From Eledone cirrhosa (taxonomy: Eukaryota), in assembly GCA_964016885.1 (NCBI GenBank), contig OZ024740.1, positions 182,466,001-182,530,000 of the forward strand: DNA of 64,000 nt, read 5' to 3'. Below, piece by piece: positions 12,490 to 25,755 of this stretch. The translations under genes were made by a program, and so were the position numbers. The notes below the pieces were generated by a model. That model made no database searches and was not told the DNA's origin. It saw nothing but the letters and a program-made list of their open reading frames with translations. Position 1 is the first letter of the stretch, and each line of letters opens with the position of its first letter.

Positions 12490-15400
12490 CACCAACAAGG
12501 CCAATATAAGAGTTGGATGTGTGAATGTATGCAGCCTGCGCATGCCCTGGAAACAGGCCAAACACTTAAACGACCTCAGGTCGCACAGTATGGATGTAGT
12601 CGGCATTTGCGAGTCCAGGATCCACAGCGAGCGACAACTGGCCCCCATCTTCGACGACTTTGAGATCTACGCATCTCTGTCAGCCGGGAGGTGGGGGTGG
12701 GGTTGCCGTTTTGCTGCGGAAACACCTGGACCACGTAACACAGACGGTACATCTGGACCCGGAGGGTCGACTGGTGGTCCTAGATGTTGACGGTAGTGAA
12801 GGTGGAGCCTTCAAGCTGGTGACCGCATATGCCCCATCCGGGACACCGCGGCCAGACTTCTTCAAACGTCTAGAGACTTTTCTGGGAACGTCCCGCTCCC
12901 TGCTGTTAGTGGGGGACTGGAATGGAATCCTAGATGCACGTTGGGACTATGTGGGAGCATGTCCCAATAGAGGGGGTGTAATAGCCTCAAACAGTTAATA
13001 GGCGATTTGACATGGCCGATAGATATCGACTAGATTTTCCGAATGTGCCACTGTGGACGTAGACTAATCTCAGCGGAACATCTAGATCGTACCTAAATAG
13101 GGTTCTAGTTAGAAAGAAGGATAGGGACATGTTAAGCTGTCCACAAATGTTCATGGTTGCCTATTCAGATCACAAATTAGTGACCTGCTTAGTCAACCTT
13201 GACAAAACCCATAGACATGGACCCGGCTACTGGAAGCTGAACTTGTCGTTACCGACATGCAAAGCCTACAGTAGACGGATTAGCACTTTAGTTAAGCAGC
13301 ACTTGACGGGGGCCATTGTCAACAACAGATGGTGGTACTCTCTCAAGAGGGCAGTTAGATTAGACTCGATAGGTTTTAGTAAAGAATTAGTGTTAAATAG
13401 AAATAAGACCTAAAATGAACTGGTAGATAAAGTAGAAGAGGCACTTAGGAGTGGCAACGTAGCCAGCGTGCTAGCGACGAGAACGGCCCTGGACCAGTTC
13501 ATTGATGTAAAGCATGACGGCTGCGTTGTCAGAAGCAAAATACGAGCTCTGGGAAACGAAGGAGCCAAAGCTGTTAGCTGGGCCCGGGTGACGGAGGCGA
13601 AAAGTGACAAGTCCACGATTCGGTCTTTGAAGGACCAAGACGGACGCGTGATACGTGAGCCGAAGCAGGTGTGCGCCGCCTTTCAGCGGCACTTTGCTCA
13701 ACTGTTCGGGCAGGTCGGCACGCCGGGAGAGGGTGTGGATTTCGGTCCATACCTCGACGGCCTATCGCGACTCTCGGACAGCGAGGCGAAGTTCTGCGAA
13801 AGGCCGATGAGATAGGGGACGCACTGAGCCAATGCGGCAAACGCAAATCACCAGGTCTCGACGGTCTAGCCTACGAATTTTACGAGCAATGCCGGACTTA
13901 TTCTCCACTCTCCTGCAACTGGCAGAAGAATGGGAGAATTCCCAGTTCTGTGACCAAGGGCGTAGTCACGTTAGTCACGAAGGACGAGAATAAGGGGGAT
14001 GACATAGGCAACACCCGGCCCATAACTCTGCTCAACACAGAGTTACAGATTTTGGCCAAGGTGTTGGCAAAGAGGATGGTGCTTGTCATCGAAAACCTGA
14101 TGGGAGACGCACAGACATGCGAAATCCCGACCATGTCCATACACGACAACCTCCACCTCATGCGATACATCATAGAGAGGGTAGGGTGTAAACCCGGCTT
14201 CGGTGGGGCCATGAACAACTTGGACCAGTCTATGACTTTCGATAGGGTTGACCATCGTTACCTGGATGCGGTGCTCAGATGCAGGCTTCGGACCCGTGTT
14301 CAGAGGCTGGATTGCTGCAATGCACAGCAGCATAATCTGCTCAAGGGTAAAAATGAACGGCTACCTCTCGGAGCTGTTCCATATCACGCGATCCATCCGA
14401 CAGGGATGCCCTCTCTCCTCCCTTCTAAACGTACTGACCCTCGAGCCACTACTGCGGAAGTTGGAGCTATTGCAGGGCATCCCTTTGGAACCGGGACTGC
14501 GAAAATCAGCGTCGGCCTACAACAACGACGTGACAGTAATGGTGTCGACCACCTCGCAAATTGGGGAGGTTGGCACCTTACTGGAGAAATACGAAAGGTT
14601 CACTGGAGCGAAGCTGAACCGGGACAAATCCGTCGGTTTGCAACTCGGAACGTGGAGAGGCAAACCGATGCCTTCCGATGGCGTTGTCGGACGCTGGACG
14701 GAAGGACTGGTAAAGCTGCTCGGAGTCTGGTTTGGTCCGGACCTCAAGGTGGAGAATAACTGGAACGAGGTGACGGCCAAGGTGTTTGCGTTCACCCAGA
14801 AATGGGCTGAGTGAAAACTATCCTTGAAACGTCGAGCGGAGGTGGCGAACACTTTTATAGCGTCTGTCATGTACTACCGCTTGACCGTCGTGCCTTGTCC
14901 AGCCAAAACGCTCACCCAAATGGAGCGCACGCTTTTCCAATTCCTTTGGAAGAAACGAGCTCCTTTGGTGAAAAGATCCATCTGCTGCCAACACCCTTCA
15001 AACAGAGGGCTGGGGATGCCGTGGCTAACGATGCACAAACACTAGCTCAGGCTGAGGCACCTCCACGTATTCCTCACCAGACAACCGGTGTGGGCCCCGT
15101 TTTTGAGACGAGCCTTTCCATGACTCGTCTCGCTGACCGACCTACAGTCCTGGGTCAAGCAAAGACCGAGGAAAATGGGTGACTGGCACATCGAATGTGC
15201 TCAGGCGCTCACAGTCCTCTGGCAAACGAACCCGGCGATCAGTGGAGACTCCACTTCGACATTCTATAGAGGGTTGGTCCGTAGCAAATGCGACGACATG
15301 CTCGGAGAAATTCTAGGTGTAGAAGAGGACGAACTGGCCACTCTGTTCGGTAGGACCTTCATCCCGGGACCAATGGACAACTTCCAAATGTAACTGGCCT

Positions 15401-15900
15401 GGCAGTGCTACCGAGGAGCTCTACCAGGTCGAGACAAGCTCTACAGACACGGGCGCCTGGGTAGCGACCCTTCGAAAAAGATCTGTCCGAGAGTTGTGCG
15501 CGACGAGGAAACTGTTGCGCACACATTTGTACACTGCCCAGGCGTTACCGACCTGTGGGGCTATGTACAATGACTATTGTCGCGGGTGGGACCAATCCAA
15601 TTGACCACCGAGTCCATTGTCATGATCAAACCGCCACCCTCCTTCAAAAACGAGGGAGAGGCGGTTTTCCTACGTGTTATGGCTATGGTGAAAGAGGTTA
15701 TATGGTGGATGAGGTTAAAAGGGCTGAGGTCAGACACCTTTTTCTCCGGCGAGCAACTGATTCGTTTTTTCAAATATCATTTTGGAAGAAGAATCAGGAA
15801 GGAGAGAGAGGTGCTGAACCCCAGAACATTTTATAAAAGGTGGGTGAATGTGGCAAAGATGGCCCGAGTGGTTGGGCCTTCTCTCTATATAAGCCTGTAG
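12490..15900 (+). pseudogene. ORF2 (APE endonuclease-RT-zinc finger) of the Tx1-like LINE, multiple frameshifts and stops
   Basis: Motifs in order: IRVGCVNV, ICESR, AYAPS, VGDWN, YSDH, GYWKLN, KSPGLDGL, RPITLLN, QGCPLS, AYNND (mutated YADD), GLGMP, C..ETVAHTFVHC. Stop at 15898-15900. Confidence 0.9.
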
Positions 15901-16311
15901 GTTGAGGAAAAAGAGGAAGAGAGGAAGGGAGTACTCACACTTGGTGCTCCTGGAGATGAGGGTTGTACATTTTTTCGGGTTGTGTACAATCCCTGTGTAA
16001 CGCCTGCCCCCTATTGGGGATTTCAATTGTTATTTGTTATTTTATTAATAGTTTTATTTTCATAAACCTGTATGTAAACTCCCCATTTGTATTTGTCCCC
16101 TTTCTATGGCTGGATGCCCTTCCCAACACCAACCACATTTACAGTGTGGACTGGGAGCTTTTTACCGTGTTCCTACATATATATATAAAAAAAAAACAAA
16201 GAAAAGTATAGAATAAGGTTCTTATCTCATATATTACATAAACATTTGTATAAGATTTGGCTATCCTATATAGCTCTCCACATATAAATAGAGTTATATT
16301 TTTACCCTTAC

Positions 16312-16350
<39 letters not shown>

Positions 16351-17019
16351 CTGTATGTGTGTGCATGTGATGCTTGCTATCAAGGAAAATGTACATCAAA
16401 TGATGATGAGGATGATGATGCATGAGTGTGTAAGTGAGCATGTGTATAAAAAGACATTTATGCTAGAACCCAGTGTATATATGGATATTTAGAGTATACA
16501 TAAGGTAGATCTAACTACCAGTTTTGAATTAGAAGCCATAGCTATGAAAATAATGAACTGCAAAGTGTAGACAGTTTCAACTATCTACAGAAATACTATA
16601 GGCAGAAATACCTAAAAGATTATTCTCATGCCTACATTTCAATGGTTATTGTCATTTCAACTCATGGTAAAGTGGTTGGTTGTAGGAATGGCACTATGTG
16701 AAAGAAGCCATGCCAAAATTCAACATACGATCAAGGTGTGGTTCCTTAACTCTGTTTAAATAAATATATATTATTTCATCTAGATGGCAATTGGGGGAGG
16801 GGTCTATGTGCATGATATTTTCCAGGCTTTCTAATACATGTTAAGTGACAGATCAATATAGTTGATGCTTATCTTCAAATTGTACAGGTTCATGCTCACA
16901 TAAATATAGAATGTGCTTTAGTTATGGTAAAGAAATAGATAAATCAGAGGAAAATGTCTCACTTGTACATGATATTTCTTTGGTACTAGACTATTAGATA
17001 TACATTTATGTGCATGATT

Positions 17020-17295
17020 AGAGGCACATGGCTTAGTGGTAAGAATGCTGCACTTAATGTCATGAATTCGATTCCTGGAACAGGCTGTGTGTTGTGCTCC
17101 TGAATAAAACACTTCATTTCACGTTGCTCTAGTACACTCAGCTGAAGATGAGTACCAGCAATAGCTGAGGGTTTTAATCCTGTGATGGACTAGTGTCCTT
17201 TCCAGGGAAGAGTCTTGTAATCTCAGTCAATTCCTGCCAGGGAAGCTAGGATAAGCACTCGCCTTATGAGCTTCCAGGCTTGAGACAAACTTTAA
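17020..17295 (+). mobile_element. CORE-type tRNA-derived SINE with CCTGTGATGGACTAG-type 3' module
   Basis: A box TGGCTTAGTGG, B box AATTCGATTCC, core TGTGTTGTGCTCCTGAATAAAACACTTCATTTCACGTTGCTC. Confidence 0.75.
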
Positions 17296-19077
17296 ACATC
17301 AGTGGAATGCTGTCCATTATACATCAGTTTTATAAGGTCTGATCTTTATCTAGGTCTCTGACCTTGCAAAGGTGTTAATTGACCTCAGCCAGATGCATAA
17401 ATTATGGCCCAAAGCTCTCAGTTAATCGATTCTAGATGTGAAATGTATGATCTATTTCAAAATTCTCCTTAAGTAATTTAAGACTCATTGTTGAACACAT
17501 ATGATCTGTGTTACAGGCATATACACGTGCATGTTGTATAAATGATGTACTTATAAGTAAGAGAACAATTAAGCGAAAATGTTTCCTTAACATTGTAGGC
17601 CTATGCCAACTGGCCCACTAGTCACTCCTTTTGATCTGGTCTGCCTGTGGCTTTAACAACAAATATGATTATGTTATTTTAAATTACATCTGGGAAAGGG
17701 GGAAGTTTTGAGAAACAGTTTTATTATTCTGATTGAAAAAGTAGAATTTGTGTGAAAATTCTTGTCTAATAAGTCTAATCTAATAGAGTTTACTAGATGA
17801 ATTAGTCAATTTCAAAGTTGTTTAAAGTTGTTAGGATAAATTAGCTAAAATAAAGAGAAATGAAATTTTTAAAATATATAAAGATTAAATTCAGTATGTT
17901 TGTTTGAAAAATATAACAACTTCCTGTGAAATTACTGTCATTGAGAAAGAACCGAACCCCACCCATTGTATACTTGGTATTGATGTTGTTGTAGTCATAG
18001 TTGTTGTCATCATCATCAACATAATATTCATTGTTTTTGCAGTGTTTGTTTTATTTTACTAAATTTGATTAAAGATAAAAATATAAATTGCTGGAATATT
18101 CTTATTTTGTTTTATGATTGATTGGTTTATTTATGATTGTTTTGTTTCTTGTCTTTGGGTGGGTTTTTTTGGCAGGGTGGAACAGAGGAGAGAGGAAGTT
18201 TCTTCTTTAATTGTGTGAAATGAAATTTATATCCTTTGATCTTTGTAATCAACAATGTATTTGTAGCAAAGGCAAATTAATGATAACAATGTTTGTTTGT
18301 TTTCTTTATCTTCTTTCTGTGTGCATGTGTGTAGGCATTAGAATTGCATTTGTTTCATTTATATTTTTGGGGAAGATAAAATTTATATGGTTAATTATAT
18401 TTTAGTAGTAAAAGACCACCCACCTACCCACATAACAAACCCACCTCCAAAACTTTACTACACTATTAAGCAGCATTAAAGAGTTAGATGTACAATTTTA
18501 ATAGTTAATAGTAATACTTTAAAGTATGGGGTTGTAAATTGACAATAATTGTAGAGTTACTAGACAAAATATCACACAACTCAGTAATTAGCATTTTAAG
18601 GCAATTATTTTCCTAATTAAAGGAGGGTTAGTCCTGCAGATCCTGTGACAAGTTATCATCCTCATTGTCGCTAACCAATACATACACATACAGAAAATAG
18701 GACTCAACTTGCAGAAAAAATAATACAAGAGATGTTACCCCAATACAATAATGGTATACAATTGTGAAAAGAGTGGAAAATAGTCTTAATGTTTTGTATG
18801 CTAATCCATCATTAGAAGATAGAAACAAGATGAAGATGGAAGAAACAAGAAGAAGGCAAAGGGAGTCAACAAAGGAAAATAGTGAAAAGATATCTCTGAG
18901 CCACCTGAAATTTTGAGAGAAGCTTTCATCTATCCCCCACCTCAAACTCAGTCTTGATCTGCCTTGCTAAATTTCTTTTGAAAGAATGCTCTGTGGTTGT
19001 GTGTGTGTATATATATACATATATATATATATAACCCATGCAAGCAGGGAAAAGCGGATGTGAAAGGATGATGATGA

Positions 19078-19134
<57 letters not shown>

Positions 19135-20214
19135 GGAATATTTTTTTTTTCCCAGATGAAATGATTTTATTCACAGTTGTATAAATAACATTTCAAATTG
19201 CTCACAATTCTTTCAAAATAACATTACAAATTTAATGTGGTTGAAAAGGATTGTTTTCTGAAATAATAGAAAATTACTATAGGACAGTCTTCATAATTTC
19301 AAACAAATGAAACAGATCCAGTCCTGTAGATGTCCTTTCTACATAAAATGTGTGTGTATGTGTAAGAAAGTTTTCATCATTCAACAATATAGATTGGTAT
19401 GGGATGTAATTATCAGCATGAAATCCTAAAAATAACAATGCTTTTTCAAAGGAAGTCCATTGTGATATTTGTTTTATACCACATTATTGGCTTGATTAAA
19501 TATTATATAGTATTTTATTTCAATCCTTTACACTGTGAGTTCAAATGCTGCTTGACTAAATTTCAATTAAAAGTTAGATAAAAATGAAACAAAATAAGTA
19601 TCATCAAATCAGTATTTGAGATGTGTTTTTCATATGTTTTACAAAATAAAATATATTTATTTATTATTTATTTAATCAATTTAAACGTCTGTATAGAGCT
19701 AGTAAGCCATAACAGACTAGAGAAATGATTTAGTACTTCTTACAGTTAAGGAACAAGAAAAAACAAAACATAAGATAAGAGAATATAAAAATATATATTA
19801 AAAAATCATAAAGAATATAAAAAAAAATAAAAAAATACAAATAGGGAAGGTCATCAGTGGGCTAACGAAGCATAAAAAAGAAAGAAAAATGGGAAGCAAG
19901 GCGAGCTGTAAAGTAGTTAGATCTGATCATCATGTTAGATTACTTTAAACATATATGACAGAATCAGGAGATCATCAGAAAAATGTCTTGTAGTATTTTG
20001 TTATGTCTCATTATATTCTGAGTCCAAATCCTGTTATGGTCACTAAATATGTATCAATCAATTAAATCTCTCCTTAGTCACTAACATGTATATAGCTATG
20101 TGCTTATATATGATATCTTTATTCTAAGTTGTTTTAATATATCCCTCGTGGCTGGATCTCTTATGTGCATTGTCAGTTAAAGCTTGACTGCTATCTAAAT
20201 TTTTAACCATCATT

Positions 20215-20372
20215 ATATGGTTTGCAGCAGAGAGTTACGCTCCTTTCTGATCTGAGTTCAAATCCTGCCGAGGTTAACTTTGCCTTTCATCCTTTACGAG
20301 GTCGATAAAATAAAGTACGAGTAATGCACTGGGATAATTGCTGGCCTTGTGCCAAAAGTAGAAACAATTATA
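20215..20372 (+). mobile_element. SINE family A
   Basis: TCTGAGTTCAAATCCTGCCGAGGTTAACTTTGCCTTTCATCC...GGCCTTGTGCCAAAAGTAGAAACAATTA. Confidence 0.85.
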
Positions 20373-21261
20373 TTTATATCCTCAGTATTTTATAAATCAT
20401 TATATAGGACACAACACACCGCCAGGTCCAGGTATCGAACTCACAACCTGATGATTGTAAGGCCACTAAGCCGTGTGCTTTCACATGTCATCATATATCA
20501 TTTGGCTTTCATTATTCCACATTTGTTATGTTCAACTTGTTCTATTGCTCTACAACAGAATCCGTTTTAAACTGCTAAATTCTAACCACAGCTTCCTTTC
20601 TCTTTTCTCAATAACTTAATGAATAGTTTGATGATTGTCACTTGTGTAAACCAAGGGTTTCAGATCTACCTAATTCAAACCAAGAATGAAGCCTCCATGC
20701 AGCAAGCTTCCCCTCACATCATATCCTAAATCGTTTGATAATGTAGTCCTTGATATCATCATCAGGTACTGTATATTTTCAGAAAGTTGAATGCCATGGA
20801 TTATTCTAATGTTATACAGGGTTAACTAAAGCTGTGTATAAATGGAGAGCACAATTTCTTCCATGGTGATTGATAGGTCACAGTGGGATATGAATTCCAT
20901 TTAATGATTCTGCCACCCCATTTCCTTTGAGTGATAATTTAGATATCACCCCCCCCACCCCCCCACCCCCAAAAAAAGGAGGTAAAGTTACCCTCTGTTA
21001 GATTCAAAACAAAAAACAAAAATAACTACCACAAGACAGTTTGTCCAATGCTCCAACATTTCTGATAGTTCACCTCATTAGATCTCAATATAAAACAATT
21101 GTGTTTCAGCAGCTGGTGCAGCCAGTCGTTGGGGTTTCACTCTACATCTAGATATTCTTTAAATGAAATAAAAGAAAATACTGTATAAATACTGCTGGTA
21201 CATCTTAAATCAACAGTCATCTTAAACAGAGTTGATCAAGTACTAAATAACAGAGAAGGAT

Positions 21262-21525
21262 GAGGTCCCCTTTGGTCATGGTTGTTCATGAAGTTGCACC
21301 TGGAATGTTCTTTCCATATGACCGATGTTATCCAGAGGAAGACAAAGGCTGATACAGATTGGCACCAGTGTTGTCACAATTCATCTTTTCAAGCTGAGTG
21401 GACAAGAGCAACATAAAATAAAGTTTCTTGCTTCAGTATGCAATGCACTGCTCAACACAAGAATAGAACTCATTATCGTACAATCTTGAGCATAACACCC
21501 TAACCACTAAGCTACGTGCCTTCTC
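21262..21525 (-). mobile_element. CORE-type SINE with a third type of 3' tail
   Basis: The head (AACCACTAAGCTACGTGCC on +) and core match 37405; the 3' part (CTGGTGCCAATCTGTATCAGCC...CCAAAGGGGACCTC on -) differs. Confidence 0.65.
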
Positions 21526-24017
21526 ACTAAATAACAACAACCACAATAGTAATAATATTCTATTCAACTTAAGAACACTGTTTCTTTAGATTTTGAGTAC
21601 TGTTTAAGTGCAACTCCCTCTCTCCACGGATAATTTTACTACAATTTTACTTATGTAGCTGTATATTTTTTCTTTGTTCATTTTGTGAGGAATTAAATTG
21701 GTCCCGTAAACTATTGTATTGCTTTTGAAATGATATTGACATTTGGTGAATTAAGAAGTCAATTTCAAATTACAGTGGAAATTCTCTTCTCTCTATTCTC
21801 TCAATCTTTTTCTTTTGACATATATCTAAAGAATTGATTTCAAAATTGTTCTGAAAATTATTTTCTAATTCTGTCTGAGCTTATTAATATTACAATAACT
21901 GTCCATAATGAACACTTCATTGTTCGTAGAATTTCTTAACTTCTTTGCTAGACAATCTAAGCCCATTGTTTGAAATTAGTTATTTAAATTATACCATACA
22001 TCTGGGACATTTCAGCTGCTACAGACACAAACAACTTAGATCATATCCAACATTAAAGTTTCCCAACTGATTAATAAAGATTCACTCACTAACCCAGGAT
22101 ATAAAACCTTTGGCCTTCAAATGTGTCTCTTCTCTCTGCTTCTATTACAATTATCTCTTTTCCTTGCCACTAGCTAGTTTCACACCACATTAACCCAAGC
22201 ACACCTGTCTTTCCTACTCTCATAAAGCTTCTTGTGTACACCCACAATCCCATATTAACCACCCTCCTAATCCTCCTTTCTCCAGAACATTAACCTTCTG
22301 CAATTTCCTCCCTTTTGACATTCCTAGAGATATTGACTTCCAGATATTCTAGCTGAATATAAACCATATCAATCTATAAGTCTTAGAAGGTCTGCAAATA
22401 TCAAGGATAGTGCAGTTTCCTCCTTTCTACAAAGAGAACATATATAAATTTCAATCTTTTACTAGATTGTTTGAGAAAATTAATGGCTGCTCAAATCATC
22501 AGACAGACTAAATATTGATTTCTAAAATTGTTTGTGCAAAATGCCATAAAATCTTTATGGAGATAGTGATATAGATAATTATATTGACCCATGTATTTGA
22601 ACAGTATTTATTTTATCAGCCCCAGAAAGATGGTAGGTAAAATTGATTTCAGATGGATTTGAACACAGAATGCAAAAGGGGCACAGCTAAATACTGCAAG
22701 ACACATTTGCTTGACATTCTACTAGCTCTGTCAAGCCACAATACTGAGAGAGAGATAAAGAGAGAGACAGAGGAGAGAGATAGAGAGAAAAGGGGAGAGA
22801 GAGGACCCTTCAGTTGTGTTGCAATACAGCAACCTCTTTAGTGTTAGTTACCTACTTGATAAACACAGTAAAGTGGTTGGAGATAAAAGGGGCATACAGC
22901 TATAGAAAGCTTCCCATATAAAGGATTGGAAGCACTCTTAGTTGTATCAAAACCATAATAACCTCTCCCATGCACTTGGTAGAACGTGAAACAGTATATA
23001 ACCAAAATCCAGATCTCTGGGCTGTCTAGGAGATTAGCAGCCCTGCTTTATAACTGACTTCGTCTGTGCAGACACATCCGATCCTTGCTGGCAAGGAAAG
23101 TGGATGTCAAAATGATGATGATAATCATCATTATTAGCACAATGGATTGTGTATAGTCAATTATATTGTCACCAATACTTGCAACTACTTATCTTATTGA
23201 GTCATACAAAAGGATGAAAGGCAAAGTCAACCTCAACAAGAATTGAAAAAAAACAACAATAGGATAGAATTAACTACTATAGGGAATTTTTGTTTGAAGC
23301 TCTACTGATTCTACCAATTCATCACTATAGAGATACTAAATATTATTCTAATCATGGCAAATGTTGATACAATCAGATATCTTTGACCTGACCATCATTA
23401 TTCAATGAAGTCTAAGGGAAATAATCTGCTAGACTCTTCCTCAATTTGTGAATATGTGTGTGTGTATGTGTGTGTGTGTGTGACTGCATTACAACCTCAC
23501 CAAGGAAATTAGATTTTTCTCATCGAAGTCTGGAAGACTATCTTGCATTTTATTGTTAACATTTAACATCAATTTGGCATTTCCTAAATTTCCCTTGCCC
23601 ATCTAATGCTGCTTTATATCCATTCAAAGTATCTCCATTGATTGTAAGAGAGAAAGTTAGTGAAGTAGTTTGATGATTTATTTGTAGCTAAATCTAGATG
23701 TTATTCCAAATTTACTCATATCTGAAAAATGAATTGACTGAGATTATCATTCTAATCATTTCGGCAAGTATTTGTGATAACTTAAGATGGTTTACACCTT
23801 ATTTTGAGATCAGCAGAAACATTATCACATCACACCTCATAAAATGTTAATAACTTAACATCTAAGTAGATACATAGAACCGTTGATGTTGTTTATTACT
23901 GTCCACTCTAATAAGGTATACCTGTTATTTATTACTGTCAACTCTAATAAGGTAGGCCTGTGAATAATGGTGCCCCAGCCTACCCTTTTCGTTTTTCACT
24001 TTTTTAAAGGAATATCT

Positions 24018-24257
24018 ACAATTACATTGACTGCCTTTCATGGCATTTCTTTGGGCCTGAGAATGCTTGGCAGTGCCCATCTCTTCTCCATCTTCTCCAA
24101 GCATCAAGTTCCTTACTAAGTTCAGCCCTCCAACAGAAACAGTTTCCAGGGTGTGGCTGAGAACCAATGTACCCGTCCATCCCTAAGAATGCTGCTACCT
24201 GACATCAAGGTATTCTCTCTATCTGAACACACCAACTACAAAAGTGTCTACAGTGGA
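24018..24257 (+). repeat. Copy 1 of a ~240-bp local duplication; copy 2 is at 25743-25755 + 26101-26342
   Basis: Shared TACAATTACATTG...TCATGGCATT...CCCTCCAACAGAAACAGTTTCCAGG...CTGAACACACCAACTACAAAAGTGTCT. Confidence 0.9.
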
Positions 24258-25039
24258 ACATGATTAATTGACAATTGTATTATCTAATATGCCTTTTCAT
24301 TTTACAAGATAATAAAGTGAGATTTTAGAAAACTTTTATTGCAATTTCTACCAGGTTAAATGACCGCATAAAGATTCCTGTTTAGAGATGGGTTATACAA
24401 TGCTCAGCTGCAAAAATGATTAAGTAAGTAACGACAATATTTTATCCTGAAACCAAAACGTCTGCTTCCACAAATAACTATTTTAATTTTCATGTCATTG
24501 ATTAAACAATATTTTAATTAATTAATTAATCAAAATTTCTATATTTTAAATAATCTAAGGAAACGAGAAAATTAGTAGAGACAAAATTATCACATTTGTC
24601 CCCCCCCCCCCCCCTCATGAAAACATGGCTCCAGTAACTGCATCAATATATTTCTTTTTGCTTTAGTTCTGCTGTTAATTTAGTCTAAAAGAAGAAATGA
24701 TTTAATTTAAAAACATTTTATAATAGCAATGAAATCACTGGCCAAAATGGTCAACAAATATTGAAGCACTAACAACTATCTAAAACTTTATTGAGTTGAT
24801 ATTACAAAAATATACTTTACTGAAAATTAAATTAAATCAAACGATATGTATATGTATATATATATGTCCCCCACCCCCCCACTCTCAAGCCGGAAACTAA
24901 TATTAACATTTGTAATGCCTCTTCGCTTCCTCGTTTTTTTGTTTTCTGTTTACTGTCTCAACTTTAAAAATATATATATATATGTATGTGTGTGTATAAC
25001 ATTGAAAGAGATATAGAAGGCTGAACAATGCAAAATGGA

Positions 25040-25200
25040 CTGTAAAATGAGGTAACGAAAAGTAAAAGTTACCCTGCAATCTTTGTTTTGTTTTCTTATT
25101 GTTGTTGTTTTATCTGTCCAAATTTTGGGACATAAAAGTCCCCTCATCAGGGTTTAAGGAAACTTAAGTGAATAACTTTCCAATTTCCTCTCTTTGGGAT
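25040..25200 (-). mobile_element. Probable Penelope-like pseudo-LTR fragment with a degenerate hammerhead motif
   Basis: Minus strand CTGATGA-G-GGGAC-TTTTAT-GTCCC-AAAA followed by an A/C-rich tract, like the motif at 59248-59275. Confidence 0.5.
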
Positions 25201-25755
25201 AAAATTTCTATTTTGTTTTAAATTTTTTCTAAGTCATTCTCAAGCGTTTTTCAATGGTTACTCCATTTTCCACGTTGATGACATCAATTCCCAATATAGT
25301 ATTTTGTGAAATGTTCCAAAGAAAGGAGAAATAATTATTAGTGATTAGGTGTGTAGGACAGAAAGATTCCATATATTTGTGTATATACAAGGATCCAAAT
25401 ACAAGCAGTGAGAAATGGGGAAATAATCCAAACTCTGTCTATAAGCCAAGATAGCTAATCAACACATTATGTGTAAATTCCCACTAGTGTAGAATATTTT
25501 TATGAAGCATAAATATTTTGATATTTGAAATATTCCATCTGTTGTTTAGAGTATAGTTTTTTCTTTCACAACTCCATTACATAATGTTGTTTTACCAGTT
25601 CATTTGTTTTATAAAGTTTCAGCATGTTTCTAGAAATTTTGTTCCCTTCCTTTTAGCAAACAACAATAGCACCATTTTCCAAATGTAACAATTTCTTTTA
25701 TTTAATATACAAATCAGATCAACATTTATACATATATATATTTACAATTACATTG

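Larger units (their letters stand above)
10462..16103 (+). mobile_element. Near full-length Tx1/L1-group non-LTR retrotransposon, inactivated
   Basis: Gag-like ORF1 with a CCHC knuckle; ORF2 with APE, GPGYWKLN linker, RT and C-terminal Cys/His motif; GC- and CpG-rich relative to flanks. The 5' end is placed after the (ATCT)n tract and is approximate. The 3' tail is missing and is joined at TTTC to a SINE fragment. Confidence 0.92.

Noticed and set aside
23893-23961. 36-bp tandem duplication (similar 32-bp one at ~56845-56908)
   Set aside because: Ordinary slippage duplications with no further structure.
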